A stretch of 64,000 nt of DNA from Deltaproteobacteria bacterium (GTDB lineage: Bacteria > Desulfobacterota > RBG-13-43-22): the NCBI GenBank assembly GCA_016219225.1, contig JACRBX010000202.1, positions 741-64,740 on the forward strand, written 5' to 3'. Below the pieces are notes generated by a model. It saw only the letters and a list, made by a program, of their open reading frames with translations, searched no databases and was not told where the DNA came from. Positions 54,593 to 63,885 of the stretch are shown here, piece by piece. The position numbers and the translations under genes are program-made. Numbering within the stretch: position 1 is the first letter of the stretch; each line of letters starts with the position of its first letter.

Positions 54593-55185
54593 TTATCCAT
54601 TCAGCGGAATTTCTCAGAAGTGGACTGAAGGCCGTTCATTTTCCTCAAACCGGTCTGCCGGAGATTGCCTTTGCCGGTCGTTCCAATGTCGGGAAATCTT
54701 CTTTAATAAACGCCCTCTTAGGGCGAAAATCCCTGGTCCGGACCAGCCGAAGACCGGGTCAAACCCGGTTGTTGAATTTTTTTTTGGTTAATGAGGATTT
54801 TGTTTTAGTAGACTTGCCGGGTTATGGATTTTCCAAGGCTCCCAAGGAAGTCATCCGGAGCTATCAACAAGCCATGTCGGGCTATCTGAAAACGAGAAAG
54901 ACCCTGGTTTCGGTGGTGATTTTGTTGGATATCCGGCGTCTCCCCAGTACTGAAGATAAAGGTTTCCAGCGGCTGGTGCAATCTTGCGGCCTTGATCCTT
55001 TATGGGTTCTGACCAAATCAGACACCGTGGGACGAGGCTCCTGGAAACGGGCCTGGTCAATGATCTCCGAAGAACTGGGCCATCCGGACGGTAAGCCCAT
55101 TTTTTTTTCAGCCAGAACAGGACAGGGCAGAGAAGAAATCTGGGACGAGATTGAGCGGAGGTTGAAGGGCACCGATGAAGCCTGA
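54589..55185 (+). CDS. engB: Ribosome biogenesis GTP-binding protein YsxC/EngB
   Basis: EIAFAGRSNVGKSSLINAL G1 motif and DLPGYG G3 motif. Start overlaps the upstream stop. Confidence 0.9.
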   Translation: MIIHSAEFLRSGLKAVHFPQTGLPEIAFAGRSNVGKSSLINALLGRKSLVRTSRRPGQTRLLNFFLVNEDFVLVDLPGYGFSKAPKEVIRSYQQAMSGYLKTRKTLVSVVILLDIRRLPSTEDKGFQRLVQSCGLDPLWVLTKSDTVGRGSWKRAWSMISEELGHPDGKPIFFSARTGQGREEIWDEIERRLKGTDEA

Positions 55186-55189
55186 AAAA

Positions 55190-55290
55190 GCGAATATCGA
55201 AAATCGAATCATGAATGTTGAAGGAGAGTTTCTTTTAAATTCCGAAATCCGAAATCCGAAATTGGAATTTATTTTCGAACTAAAGAAAGG
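55190..55290 (+). repeat. Second copy of the composite about 100-nt element (family D unit plus gagtttcttttaaattccgaaatccgaaatccgaaattggaatttattttcgaactaaagaaagg) ending at the RBS of the next gene
   Basis: Homologous to 7843..7935. Both copies lie immediately 5' of an ATG. Confidence 0.8.
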
Positions 55291-55295
55291 AAAAA

Positions 55296-55990
55296 TGATG
55301 AAACCAAAAAAGAGAATGCAGTTGGTAACCGTTTTAGTGGCAATGACATTTTTTCTGATTTCGACCTTGGCCTTAGCGGCGCCGCCCGATAATTTTACCG
55401 CCAAATTGATGATCATGGGCATGTCCATGCCGATGGCCAAAATGGGTAGCAAGACGAGAATGGAAAATATGATGATAGGTGGGCTGGTAACCATCAGTAT
55501 GATGGATGTCAATAAAAGTATTACCATGAATACCAAAAACAAGACCTATTTTGAAAGTGCTATCAAAGAAAAGGTTCCCTCTCTTTATGATCCCAAGGTG
55601 GTCATTGAAAAAAAGAAGATCGGATCGGAAACCATTGACGGTCATCCCTGTATCAAGTCCGATGCGGTATTTTATCTCAAGGACAAACCCCAGGAAAAAT
55701 TCAACGCCGTACTCTGGGAAGCTCAGGATTTAGGCGGGCTGCCCATCCGAAATGAAATGGTGGTGCCTGAAAGTAAAACCAAGGGCCCCGGCCCGGCAAA
55801 AATCGTAACTGAAATCAAAGACATTAAAGTGGGAGCGGCCAATGCCGGTATGTTTGAAGTCCCCAAAGACTACCAAAAGGTGAGCAGCATGAATGAAGTG
55901 ATGGGCATGGGACAACCAGGAGACATGAAGGGCATGCAGGAAATGATGAAGCAGATGCAAAAGATGAAAAAGATGCCCAAAGAGGAATAG
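55296..55990 (+). CDS. Secreted Met-rich protein of unknown function. Signal peptide, MxxM-type motifs and a C-terminal GMGQPGDMKGMQEMMKQMQKMKKM tail.
   Basis: Start at ATGATG 55296 with an AAAGAAAGGA RBS. The N-terminal 40 aa of the track ORF are repeat-derived. Met clusters resemble Cu(I)-binding periplasmic proteins. Confidence 0.6.
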
Positions 55991-56389
55991 TTGAGACCAA
56001 AAAAAATTGAAAACCTTGTTTTTTGGGTAACCATGCTGTCTCTTTTCGCGCTGTTTCCGGCATGCAGCAGCGAAAAGGCTTTTCAGGTTGGTCCCGTTGG
56101 GACTAAGATTGAGTCTTTGATCGACAAGGAGACTACCTGGAGAGGTGGGGCAATCGGATCCGCCTTAAGCGGGATTTTGGGGGGCAGAATTTCGGAAATT
56201 GCCCACCGGGCCTCCCGGGAGGCGGCCCGGGATGGGAGACCCGTAGCCTATCAAAGCGGCGATTGCTTTCAACGGGTCGAAGCTTATCCTTTAGGCAAGG
56301 CTTCAACTTCTAAATGCCTTCAAGTCCGGCAGCAGATCTATCAGGACGGGAAATTGCTCCGGGATGAGGTGAAAGAGGTGTGTCAATAG
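55991..56389 (+). CDS. Small putative lipoprotein with a glycine-zipper motif (GGAIGSALSGILGG)
   Basis: TTG start 5 nt after an AGAGGA RBS. Signal MRPKKIENLVFWVTMLSLFALFPAC. Two Cys in the C-terminal part. Confidence 0.5.
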   Translation: MRPKKIENLVFWVTMLSLFALFPACSSEKAFQVGPVGTKIESLIDKETTWRGGAIGSALSGILGGRISEIAHRASREAARDGRPVAYQSGDCFQRVEAYPLGKASTSKCLQVRQQIYQDGKLLRDEVKEVCQ

Positions 56390-56392
56390 GAA

Positions 56393-56491
56393 CTGAGTGA
56401 CGGGTGACGAGTGACGCGTGTCGTAAAAAACATTTAAAACCAATGGCTTGCCGGTCTAAAAGATTTTTCTCGTCACCCGTCACCCGTCACA
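56393..56491. terminator. Long inverted repeat (gtgacgggtgacgagtgacg ... ctcgtcacccgtcacccgtcac) between convergent genes. Putative bidirectional terminator.
   Basis: 20-22-nt arms flank a 48-nt A/T-rich loop. Located between the + strand lipoprotein gene and the - strand Fe-S gene. Confidence 0.5.
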
Positions 56492-56495
56492 TTTT

Positions 56496-57647
56496 TTACA
56501 ACGATTCCTGTAACAGCTCGGTTATATCTTTGACGACCAGTTGTTCTTCTTTCCCCGTCCCCTTGCGACTGTCTTCAAAAAGACTGATGCAGTAGGGACA
56601 GGCCGTGGCAAAGACTTCGGCTCCCCGGTCGGCGGCTTCGATCATCTTTTTATCAGAAAAGCGTTGTTCCGGCTTGGTTTCCATCCACAGACGGCCCCCC
56701 CCACCGCCACAGCAGAGGCTGAAAGCCTTATTTTGTCCAAATTCTACTAACTCTAACTCCGGAATGGCCTGCAGGAGTTCCCTGGGCAGATCAAAGACCT
56801 CGTTATGGCGGCCAAGATAACAGGGATCATGATAGATAACCTTTTTGGCCAAAGGTTTCTTGGGGGTCAGTTTCCCATCCTGGACCAATTTTGCCAAAAA
56901 CTGGGAATAATGTTGAACTTCAAAATCAGCTCCCAATTCTTTGTATTCTTTGGTGAAAGTCGTAAAACAATGGGGAGAAGTGGTAATGATCTTCTTGACC
57001 CCTTTTCCTTTGTAAAGGGCGATGTTTTGTTCTGCCAGTTTGGTAAACAAGGCTTCATCCCCTATTTTCCGGACGGCTTCGCCACAACAGGCTTCTTCAT
57101 TCCCGAGGATACCGAAGCTGACGCCGGCGGTTTTTAGTAATTCAACTATGGCTTTGGCGATTTTCTGGCTCCGCTGCTCATAGGCTGAGGTACAGCAGAC
57201 GAAGAGAAAATATTCGGTGTCCGGTCCAAAGAGGGGCACGTCCAACCCTTGAGTCCAGTTGATTCTTTTGGCCTTATCTTCCGACCAGGGGTTTCCCTGG
57301 CTGTGAACACTGCCCAGGATAGGACGAAGCCCCTGGGGAATGGCCCCGGTCTCGACGATCATGCTGCGCATGGCCCGGACTACATCGACTATTTTTACCT
57401 GACGGGGGCAGTTGCGGACACATAGATTACAGGTTGTGCAGGCAAACAGGATGTCATCGGATTCATATCCCTCCATGCCCAATTGGCCCATCCGAACCAG
57501 TTTTCGGATATCAAAGGGGGATCCTTCCACGACCCGGCCCCAGGGGCACAGGCCGGCACAAAGGCCGCATTGCATGCATTGATTCAGCGTATCTCCACCC
57601 GTAGCCACGATGGCCTGGTTGACTTCTATAAAGGGGGTAATCGACAT
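56496..57647 (-). CDS. Fe-S oxidoreductase with two 4Fe-4S ferredoxin motifs and two CCG (Cys-rich) domains (HdrD/GlcF/LutA-like)
   Basis: CMQCGLCAGLCP and CTTCNLCVRNCP motifs, plus CCG..C..C motifs (LFVCCTSAYEQ, FSLCCGGGGG). AAGGAG RBS. Confidence 0.85.
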   Translation of the reverse strand: MSITPFIEVNQAIVATGGDTLNQCMQCGLCAGLCPWGRVVEGSPFDIRKLVRMGQLGMEGYESDDILFACTTCNLCVRNCPRQVKIVDVVRAMRSMIVETGAIPQGLRPILGSVHSQGNPWSEDKAKRINWTQGLDVPLFGPDTEYFLFVCCTSAYEQRSQKIAKAIVELLKTAGVSFGILGNEEACCGEAVRKIGDEALFTKLAEQNIALYKGKGVKKIITTSPHCFTTFTKEYKELGADFEVQHYSQFLAKLVQDGKLTPKKPLAKKVIYHDPCYLGRHNEVFDLPRELLQAIPELELVEFGQNKAFSLCCGGGGGRLWMETKPEQRFSDKKMIEAADRGAEVFATACPYCISLFEDSRKGTGKEEQLVVKDITELLQESL

Positions 57648-57840
57648 AAACAGACTCCTTTCTTTGAAAAATTTAATTCGGAACGAGGCGAACTTGCCGC
57701 ATTCCGGACCTTTTTTGGCTATACCACTACCGCTCTGGAATTATCCGGTTTGGGGTTATTCCTTATCACAAGGTAAAAAGGTAAGTCAAGAATTTTCCAT
57801 GTAGTTTGTGGGCAAAAACTGCGGAAAGCCAGGGGGTATT

Positions 57841-57887
57841 AAAAAAAGGAGATGTCCTTCTTATTTGATTCGAAGCGGGACATCTCC
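57841..57887 (-). terminator. Rho-independent terminator for the CsgG-like gene (10-bp stem GGAGATGTCC/GGACATCTCC, 20-nt loop, then T7 on the minus strand)
   Basis: Perfect 10-bp stem followed by a T-run, 26 nt downstream of the stop codon (57913) on the minus strand. Confidence 0.7.
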
Positions 57888-57912
57888 TCCCAATGGATGG
57901 ATTGGTGTATCT

Positions 57913-58629
57913 TTAATCCAACTCGATGGATTTCTTGGTTTTATCCCTTCTTTTGGATTCCTTGGCTGCGTAGGCTTGCATACAGGAATCATCTTTCCCT
58001 TTAACCAGGGAACATTCCAGATATTCGCTGATCTCTATGATGCAAGCCCTGATCGCTTTGCCTACCGGGGTTTTTTCATGCTTCCCAAGGTGGCCGGAAA
58101 CGCCTCCTATTGATCCTCCCAAAGATAACCCCATTTTTTCGGAAGTGGCTTCAACGGTTCGATTATCAACAATTTCACCGGTTTCAGTATCAATAACTTT
58201 TAAGTCTACGGCCATATAGGCTTTCCCCTTGCTCCCTCCTATGGTAAAACCCATAATGCCGATTCCGCCACCGGTGCCGCTGGTATCTTCTTCAAAGGCG
58301 GAAACAGTCCCTGACACCAGATACTTGGCCCCTTTAATCTTGCCGATTTTGGCCCTGGTTTTAGGATCTATCCTTCCGGAGGCCCCTAAGTTTTGTTCAC
58401 CTATAACCGCATTGATTTCTTTTCGTTCTAAAACCTGGAAGGCTTTGGTACTGGCCAATTCAGAGGCCAGCATATCTTGCAGTTCGTAACCCATGTTGCC
58501 CGTCCACCAGCCGGCATGGGTTTGATTGGTAAATCTAAGGACCCCGATCCTTGGTTTTTCATCAGCCCAACCTAATGAAAACGAAATCAGAACCAAACCC
58601 AAGATAAGGAAAACAATACTTTTTTTCAT
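57913..58629 (-). CDS. CsgG-family (curli secretion channel-like, COG1462) periplasmic/outer-membrane protein
   Basis: Signal peptide followed by PRIGVLRFTNQ...ELQDMLASELASTKAFQVLERKEINAVIGEQ, typical of CsgG/LpoB-like proteins. AGGAGG RBS. No other curli genes nearby. Confidence 0.75.
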   Translation of the reverse strand: MKKSIVFLILGLVLISFSLGWADEKPRIGVLRFTNQTHAGWWTGNMGYELQDMLASELASTKAFQVLERKEINAVIGEQNLGASGRIDPKTRAKIGKIKGAKYLVSGTVSAFEEDTSGTGGGIGIMGFTIGGSKGKAYMAVDLKVIDTETGEIVDNRTVEATSEKMGLSLGGSIGGVSGHLGKHEKTPVGKAIRACIIEISEYLECSLVKGKDDSCMQAYAAKESKRRDKTKKSIELD

Positions 58630-58660
58630 GACGCCTCCTGCTATCTATTAGATTCATAAT

Positions 58661-58783
58661 AAACCCTCATGCCCCTTGGCACCACGAAGCATGAAAATGC
58701 GAATATCGAATATCGAATATCGAATAATGAATGTCGAAGTAAGGTTGGTTTTGAACTCGTAACCCGTAACTCTATTTTCGTAC
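58661..58783. repeat. Composite repeat block: family E hairpin (aaaccctcatgccccttggcaccacgaagcatgaaaatg), family D (gcgaatatcgaatatcgaatatcgaataatgaatgtcgaag), family K inverted (ttttgaactcgtaacccgtaactctattttcgtac)
   Basis: Seen directly. Confidence 0.75.
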
Positions 58784-59042
58784 TAAAAAATAGCATATTG
58801 AAAAGGGGATAGCAACAAGTAATAGGGCTCCGGGAATAAGAAAAAGGGCTTCCCATTTTTTTTCTTTTAAATTATTATCAATCCGCTTATAATACCACTT
58901 ATTGTAGAATAGATCGCCATTTTCCCTATCTGTGGTATTAAACCTGCCAAGCAGGCCTGTTTCCTGCAAAGTCCGCTATGGCGGACAGGTTTCGCGAAGA
59001 TAATAAATATCATCTAAAGCATTCAAGAAAAGGATTTAAGTA

Positions 59043-61229
59043 ATGACGGCTCAGACTTCCCCCCTCGTTTTAACCCCCAATGCTAAAATCGTATTGAACA
59101 AACGCTATCTTAAAAAAGATAACCAGGGCCAGGTGATCGAAAAACCTGAAGATATGTTCCGGCGGGTGGCCCAGGTCGTGGCCTCGGCCGATGCCCTCTA
59201 CGGACAGGAGGATCAAGCCAAAAAGTCCGAAGCATTATTTTTTCAGATCATGACCCGGATGGAATTTTTGCCAAATTCCCCCACCCTGATGAATGCCGGC
59301 CGGTCTTTAGGCCAGCTTTCGGCCTGTTTTGTCCTCCCGGTCGAGGACTCCATCGACAGTATCTTTGAGGCCATAAAACAAACGGCCATTATCCATAAAA
59401 GTGGGGGGGGGACCGGATTTTCATTTTCCCGGATCAGGCCTGAAAAAGATACGGTTAAATCCACCCACGGGATTTCCAGCGGTCCCATTTCTTTTATGAC
59501 TGTTTTTGACGTGGCTACCGAGACCATCAAACAGGGTGGGACCCGCCGGGGGGCCAATATGGGCCTGCTGCGGGTGGACCACCCGGACATTGAAAAATTT
59601 ATCGAAGCCAAATTGCAGACCGACCGGTTAAGCAACTTCAATCTTTCAGTTTTGATCCCCGACTCTTTTATGGAGGCCGTAGAAAACAACCAGGAATACG
59701 CCTTGATCAATCCCCACACCGGTCAAAAGACCCGGTCGGTTTCTGCCAAGGTCATCTTTGACAAGATTGTCGATTCGGCCTGGAGAAGCGGAGAACCGGG
59801 TGTGGTCTTTATCGATCGGATCAATCGGGACAACCCGACCCCACACTTGGGGCCCATCGAGGCCACCAATCCCTGCGGCGAACAACCTTTACTCCCCTAT
59901 GAGTCCTGCAACCTGGGATCGATCAACCTCTCCCGGCTGGCCAAGAAAGGGGAACTCGACTTTAAGAGACTGAAAACCCTGGTTCAGGCGGCCATCCATT
60001 TTCTTGACAATGTTATTGATGTCAATAAATATCCCCTGCCAAAAATCGAGAAGATGAGTAAGGGGAACAGAAAGATCGGCTTGGGGATCATGGGGTTTGC
60101 CGATCTGTTGATCCAGTTAGGCGTACCGTATAATTCTCCCCAGGCGGTGGACCTTGCCGAAAAGATTATGGGCATTATTGAAACCGAGTCCCGACAGACT
60201 TCGGAACGGTTGGCCAAAGAAAGAGGGAATTTTCCAAATTTCATTGGGAGTATTTTTGATCAGCCGGATAAAAAGATATCCGGCATGCGGAATGCCACCA
60301 CGACAACCATTGCCCCTACCGGGACGATCAGCATTATCGCCGGTACTTCCAGCGGAATCGAACCCCTCTTTGCGGTCTCCTACTTCCGGACGGTGTTAGA
60401 TGGGACCCGGATGGTTGAAGTCAACCCCTTTTTTAAAAAAATGGCCAAAGAAAAGGGGTTTTATTCCTCTCAATTGATGGAACAAATCGCCCAGGAAGGC
60501 TCCATCCAGAATATTCCGGGCATCCCTGACGATATCAAGGCCCTTTTTGTTACTTCCCATGACATCAGCCCGGAATGTCACATCCAAATACAGGCCGCTT
60601 TTCAAAAGTTTACCGACAATGCCGTGTCCAAAACCATCAACTTCCCACATGAAGCCACCCCGGAGGATATTGAGAAGGCCTACTTGATGGCCTATCATCA
60701 GGGGTGTAAAGGGGTGACCATCTACCGATACGGCAGCCGGGAAACCCAGGTCCTGAATCTTAATAAATGCACCGACACATCCAAAATCAGCCCCCGGCCG
60801 CGTCCTACCCGGACCCTTGGGATTACAGAACGGATTTCCACAGGTTGCGGTAAACTTTATGTGACCATTAATTCCGACGAGAAGGGGATTTGCGAAGTCT
60901 TTGCCCAGATGGGTAAGACCGGCGGATGTGCTTCCTCTCAAATTGAAGCTACGGGACGTTTGATTTCTTTGGCCTTGCGTTCCGGGATCAGCCTGCCATC
61001 GATTATGAAACAGATTTCAGGTATTCGTTGCCCGTCCCCAACCTGGGGAAACGGCCACCAGGTCCTTTCCTGTCCGGATGCCATCAGCCGGGTGATCAGC
61101 AACTATACCCAGGCGAAAATCGAAGAAGATGAAAAAATCATGGGCTCCTGCCCGGATTGTGGAGGGCAGGTGGTTCATGAAAACGGCTGTCTGACCTGCC
61201 ACTCCTGCGGCTTTTCGCGGTGCAGCTAA
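59043..61229 (+). CDS. nrdJ: Ribonucleoside-diphosphate reductase, class II (adenosylcobalamin-dependent, monomeric NrdJ type) with a C-terminal Zn ribbon
   Basis: [12 protein letters not shown], a CFV active-site Cys context and NPCGEQPL motifs. C-terminal [14 protein letters not shown]. Confidence 0.9.
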   Translation: MTAQTSPLVLTPNAKIVLNKRYLKKDNQGQVIEKPEDMFRRVAQVVASADALYGQEDQAKKSEALFFQIMTRMEFLPNSPTLMNAGRSLGQLSACFVLPVEDSIDSIFEAIKQTAIIHKSGGGTGFSFSRIRPEKDTVKSTHGISSGPISFMTVFDVATETIKQGGTRRGANMGLLRVDHPDIEKFIEAKLQTDRLSNFNLSVLIPDSFMEAVENNQEYALINPHTGQKTRSVSAKVIFDKIVDSAWRSGEPGVVFIDRINRDNPTPHLGPIEATNPCGEQPLLPYESCNLGSINLSRLAKKGELDFKRLKTLVQAAIHFLDNVIDVNKYPLPKIEKMSKGNRKIGLGIMGFADLLIQLGVPYNSPQAVDLAEKIMGIIETESRQTSERLAKERGNFPNFIGSIFDQPDKKISGMRNATTTTIAPTGTISIIAGTSSGIEPLFAVSYFRTVLDGTRMVEVNPFFKKMAKEKGFYSSQLMEQIAQEGSIQNIPGIPDDIKALFVTSHDISPECHIQIQAAFQKFTDNAVSKTINFPHEATPEDIEKAYLMAYHQGCKGVTIYRYGSRETQVLNLNKCTDTSKISPRPRPTRTLGITERISTGCGKLYVTINSDEKGICEVFAQMGKTGGCASSQIEATGRLISLALRSGISLPSIMKQISGIRCPSPTWGNGHQVLSCPDAISRVISNYTQAKIEEDEKIMGSCPDCGGQVVHENGCLTCHSCGFSRCS

Positions 61230-61232
61230 TCT

Positions 61233-61296
61233 TAGTTCGGAGTTCAGAGTTCGGAGTAATAAGTCTTTTGCTCCGAACTAATCACTCCGAACTCAT
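61233..61296. terminator. Family C repeats arranged as an inverted pair, forming a 9-bp-stem hairpin (agttcggag...ctccgaact, 61248-61279) right after the nrdJ stop
   Basis: Stem plus a 14-nt loop containing cttttg. A further inverted C unit lies at 61285-61296. Terminator function is plausible but no clean T-tract is present. Confidence 0.4.
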
Positions 61297-61310
61297 AACT
61301 TAAATAATAT

Positions 61311-62051
61311 ATGCTGATCCCCGTCTTCGATACCCACGTCCATTTAGACCAGTTGAGCGACCCGGAAGGGGCTGTCCAACAGGCCCGGGAGGCTGGTTTG
61401 GCCGGCATCGTGGCGGTAGGCACGGATCTTAAATCCAATGAGAAGATCCTGGCCTATTCGAGGAAATATCCCGGCTATGTTTTTCCGGCCCTGGGGTACC
61501 ATCCCTGGAATATTACGGTTTCGGGAATAAGGGACAATATTAATTTTCTTCGGGACCACCTGGATCAGGCCTTGGCCCTGGGGGAGGTGGGATTGGATTA
61601 TAAGGTTTCGGTGGCCAGGGAACTTCAGCATTGGATTTTTAAGGACTTGTTGGAACTGGCCTGGACCATGAAGAAACCGGTCATCCTTCATTCCCGGCTA
61701 TCCCATGAAAACGCCTTCGAGTTGATCCGCAGACAGACCCTGGAAAAGGTCGTTTTTCATTGGTACAGCGGACCGATGGATACGTTAAAGGCGTTGCTTT
61801 TGGCGGGCTATTATATTTCGGCTACTCCGGCCCTGTCCTATAGCCCCAAACATCGTGAAGCCGTAGCCGCCGCCCCGTTAAAACAGATCTTAATCGAAAC
61901 CGATGCTCCAGAGGTTTATCAAGGGGAGGCTTCTTCCCCGGCCCAGGTGTTAAAAACCCTGGCGGAGCTGTCCCGTATCAAAGGGATTGAAATGGACCAG
62001 GCCGCTTTAAAAACTACCCAGAACGCCAGAGAATTTTTTGGAATTTTCTGA
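61311..62051 (+). CDS. tatD: TatD-family metal-dependent hydrolase
   Basis: FDTHVHLDQL N-terminus (HxH) and a TIM-barrel amidohydrolase pattern with ETDAP near the C-terminus. Confidence 0.85.
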   Translation: MLIPVFDTHVHLDQLSDPEGAVQQAREAGLAGIVAVGTDLKSNEKILAYSRKYPGYVFPALGYHPWNITVSGIRDNINFLRDHLDQALALGEVGLDYKVSVARELQHWIFKDLLELAWTMKKPVILHSRLSHENAFELIRRQTLEKVVFHWYSGPMDTLKALLLAGYYISATPALSYSPKHREAVAAAPLKQILIETDAPEVYQGEASSPAQVLKTLAELSRIKGIEMDQAALKTTQNAREFFGIF

Positions 62052-62084
62052 CTCACATCCGGAAAAGATATTTCCGGATGTGAG
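62052..62084 (+). terminator. Strong hairpin (14-bp perfect stem CTCACATCCGGAAA/TTTCCGGATGTGAG, loop AGATA) starting 1 nt after the tatD stop
   Basis: Seen directly. Followed by a family F repeat rather than a clean T-tract. Confidence 0.5.
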
Positions 62085-62166
62085 CAATCAGCAATCAGCT
62101 TTCAGAAAATCATTGAAAGAAGGGCTTTTGCTGACCGCTGTACGCTAACAGCTATGTAAACTATCT

Positions 62167-63063
62167 ATGCCTGAGACTTATCAACCCAAACCGTATCTTG
62201 ATTTCAAGGGCACCGCGATTCTTGTGACCCTCTGTCTGTTGTGGGGTCTGAATATGGCTGCCATCAAGTTCAGCAATAAGGGATTGGAGCCGATTTTTAC
62301 TGCGGGTCTTCGTTCCCTGGTTGCTTCCGGGTTAATGCTTTTATGGACCTTTTACCGTAAAGAACCCCTCTTCCCCAAGTCCTTAAGGATCATCCACCCC
62401 CTGACCGTCGGTCTTCTTTTCGGGATAGAATTTGTTTTTATCTATGTGGCCCAGCGGTATACCCTGGCCAGCCGTTCCTTTGTTTTTTTATATACCCACC
62501 CTTTCTGGGTGGCCTTGGGGGCCCATTTTTTGATCCCCGGGGATCGGTTGACCTGGCGTCGTCTAAGCGGTTTATTATTGGCTTTTCTGGGTCTTGTTTT
62601 TGTTTTTTCCGAAGGACTCCAGCAGTATTCATCCGAAGTATTATTCGGTGATTTTTTGATGATCCTGGCGGCCCTGAGCTGGGCGGCTACGACCATATAT
62701 GTCAAAAGATTTTTAATTCAGAAATGCACCCCTTTTCAGACCCTGTTATACCAAATTCTGTTTTCAGTTCCTATCCTGTTTCTATTGAGTTTTATCCTGG
62801 AAAAGGACCCGATCCGAACTATCGATACGACGATTTTCCTTTCCTTCTTTTATCAAACCGTTATTGTGGCCTTTTTAAGTTATTGGGCCTGGTTTTATTT
62901 GATCCATATTTATCCGGTAACTATCCTGGCCACCTTTTCATTCCTGACCCCCATATCCGGCGTCTTTATCAGCAGTTTGATATTAGACGAACCCTTGAGC
63001 CTTTGGTTATTACTTTCCCTGACCCTGGTTTCTATGGGGATTTATTGGGTCAATAAAAGATAA
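62167..63063 (+). CDS. EamA/DMT-family (drug/metabolite exporter) membrane protein
   Basis: About 10 predicted TM helices in two EamA-like halves. 298 aa. Confidence 0.8.
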   Translation: MPETYQPKPYLDFKGTAILVTLCLLWGLNMAAIKFSNKGLEPIFTAGLRSLVASGLMLLWTFYRKEPLFPKSLRIIHPLTVGLLFGIEFVFIYVAQRYTLASRSFVFLYTHPFWVALGAHFLIPGDRLTWRRLSGLLLAFLGLVFVFSEGLQQYSSEVLFGDFLMILAALSWAATTIYVKRFLIQKCTPFQTLLYQILFSVPILFLLSFILEKDPIRTIDTTIFLSFFYQTVIVAFLSYWAWFYLIHIYPVTILATFSFLTPISGVFISSLILDEPLSLWLLLSLTLVSMGIYWVNKR

Positions 63064-63065
63064 AA

Positions 63066-63674
63066 TCAGCAAAAATTCTGTGTGATATAGACCTTTCCGT
63101 CCGGGGCAATGGCCGCTCCGATCCCCTGCCGTTTCCAGTGGGGGGCAAGGATATTTTCCCGGTGGTCCGGACTGTTAAGCCAAATTCCCAGCGCTGTTTC
63201 GGCGATCTTTTCCAGAGAACTCCAGTTATAATGAGCCCTGCCGTTCACTGTGGTGATCGAATCATACAGGGTGGTTTGCAGTATGTTCTCCGCCCCGGCA
63301 GAAAAAACCTTACCCATCGGAACGCTACAGGCGTATCCGCCCTGTTGGTAGCGAAAGGGGAAATCGTGTCCTTCCGGAGAAGTGTGGGCAAAATACCTTC
63401 TTTCGGCCATATCCCGGCTGTGTTTCCGGGCTATCCCTGCCAGTCCGACATCCCATTCCATTGGAGACAACCGGTGTTTTCGCCGTTCTCGATTGATCAG
63501 GGCGTGAATCTGTTTTTCGAGGTCCATGATACTGATCTCGGGCCTGGTTTTGGTTTGAGGAAGATAGGTTCCCCGATCTGCTTGTGGCAAGACGCAGGAA
63601 ACGATGGGGACCGTCATGGCCACCAACAACACCCAGACTATGGCCGGAGGAACCGGTAATAGAAATTTTTTCAT
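63066..63674 (-). CDS. CAP/SCP/PR-1-like (YkwD-type) secreted protein
   Basis: Signal peptide MKKFLLPVPPAIVWVLLVAMT, then HSRDMAERRYFAHTSPEG and a CAP-motif region. AAGGAG RBS. Start at ATG 63674 rather than the track start. Confidence 0.8.
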   Translation of the reverse strand: MKKFLLPVPPAIVWVLLVAMTVPIVSCVLPQADRGTYLPQTKTRPEISIMDLEKQIHALINRERRKHRLSPMEWDVGLAGIARKHSRDMAERRYFAHTSPEGHDFPFRYQQGGYACSVPMGKVFSAGAENILQTTLYDSITTVNGRAHYNWSSLEKIAETALGIWLNSPDHRENILAPHWKRQGIGAAIAPDGKVYITQNFC

Positions 63675-63748
63675 GACATTAATCAAAGTGAGCTCCTTTT
63701 CTCCTTGACCTCTTTGGGGGCTGATCTTATATTTTATTTCAAAATGTA

Positions 63749-63840
63749 GTTTCAAGTTTCAAGATGCAAGTTTTCAACTTACAAGAGTAAAAACCTTGAA
63801 TCCAGTCCAGGGTTTTCGCTTTGAGCTTATTTCTTGAACC
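63749..63840. repeat. Repeat family A, copy 3 (5' part only): gtttcaagtttcaagatgcaag..ttttcgctttgagcttatttcttgaacc
   Basis: Matches copies 1 and 2 up to cttgaacc, then diverges. Confidence 0.75.
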
Positions 63841-63885
63841 GCAACAATTGGTGAATTCGTGAAAAGTCGCTGAAACCCGCATTAC

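Noticed and set aside
58661-58699. Sigma54 promoter in the family E unit (TGGCAC-cacgaa-GCAT)
   Set aside because: The spacing between the GG and GC dinucleotides is one short of the -24/-12 consensus. The unit occurs in both orientations and far from start codons, and it behaves as a repeat.
58880-59042. Cobalamin riboswitch upstream of nrdJ
   Set aside because: No B12-box-like conserved core was recognised. NrdJ uses B12 as a cofactor and is not normally riboswitch-repressed. Only generic hairpins were seen.
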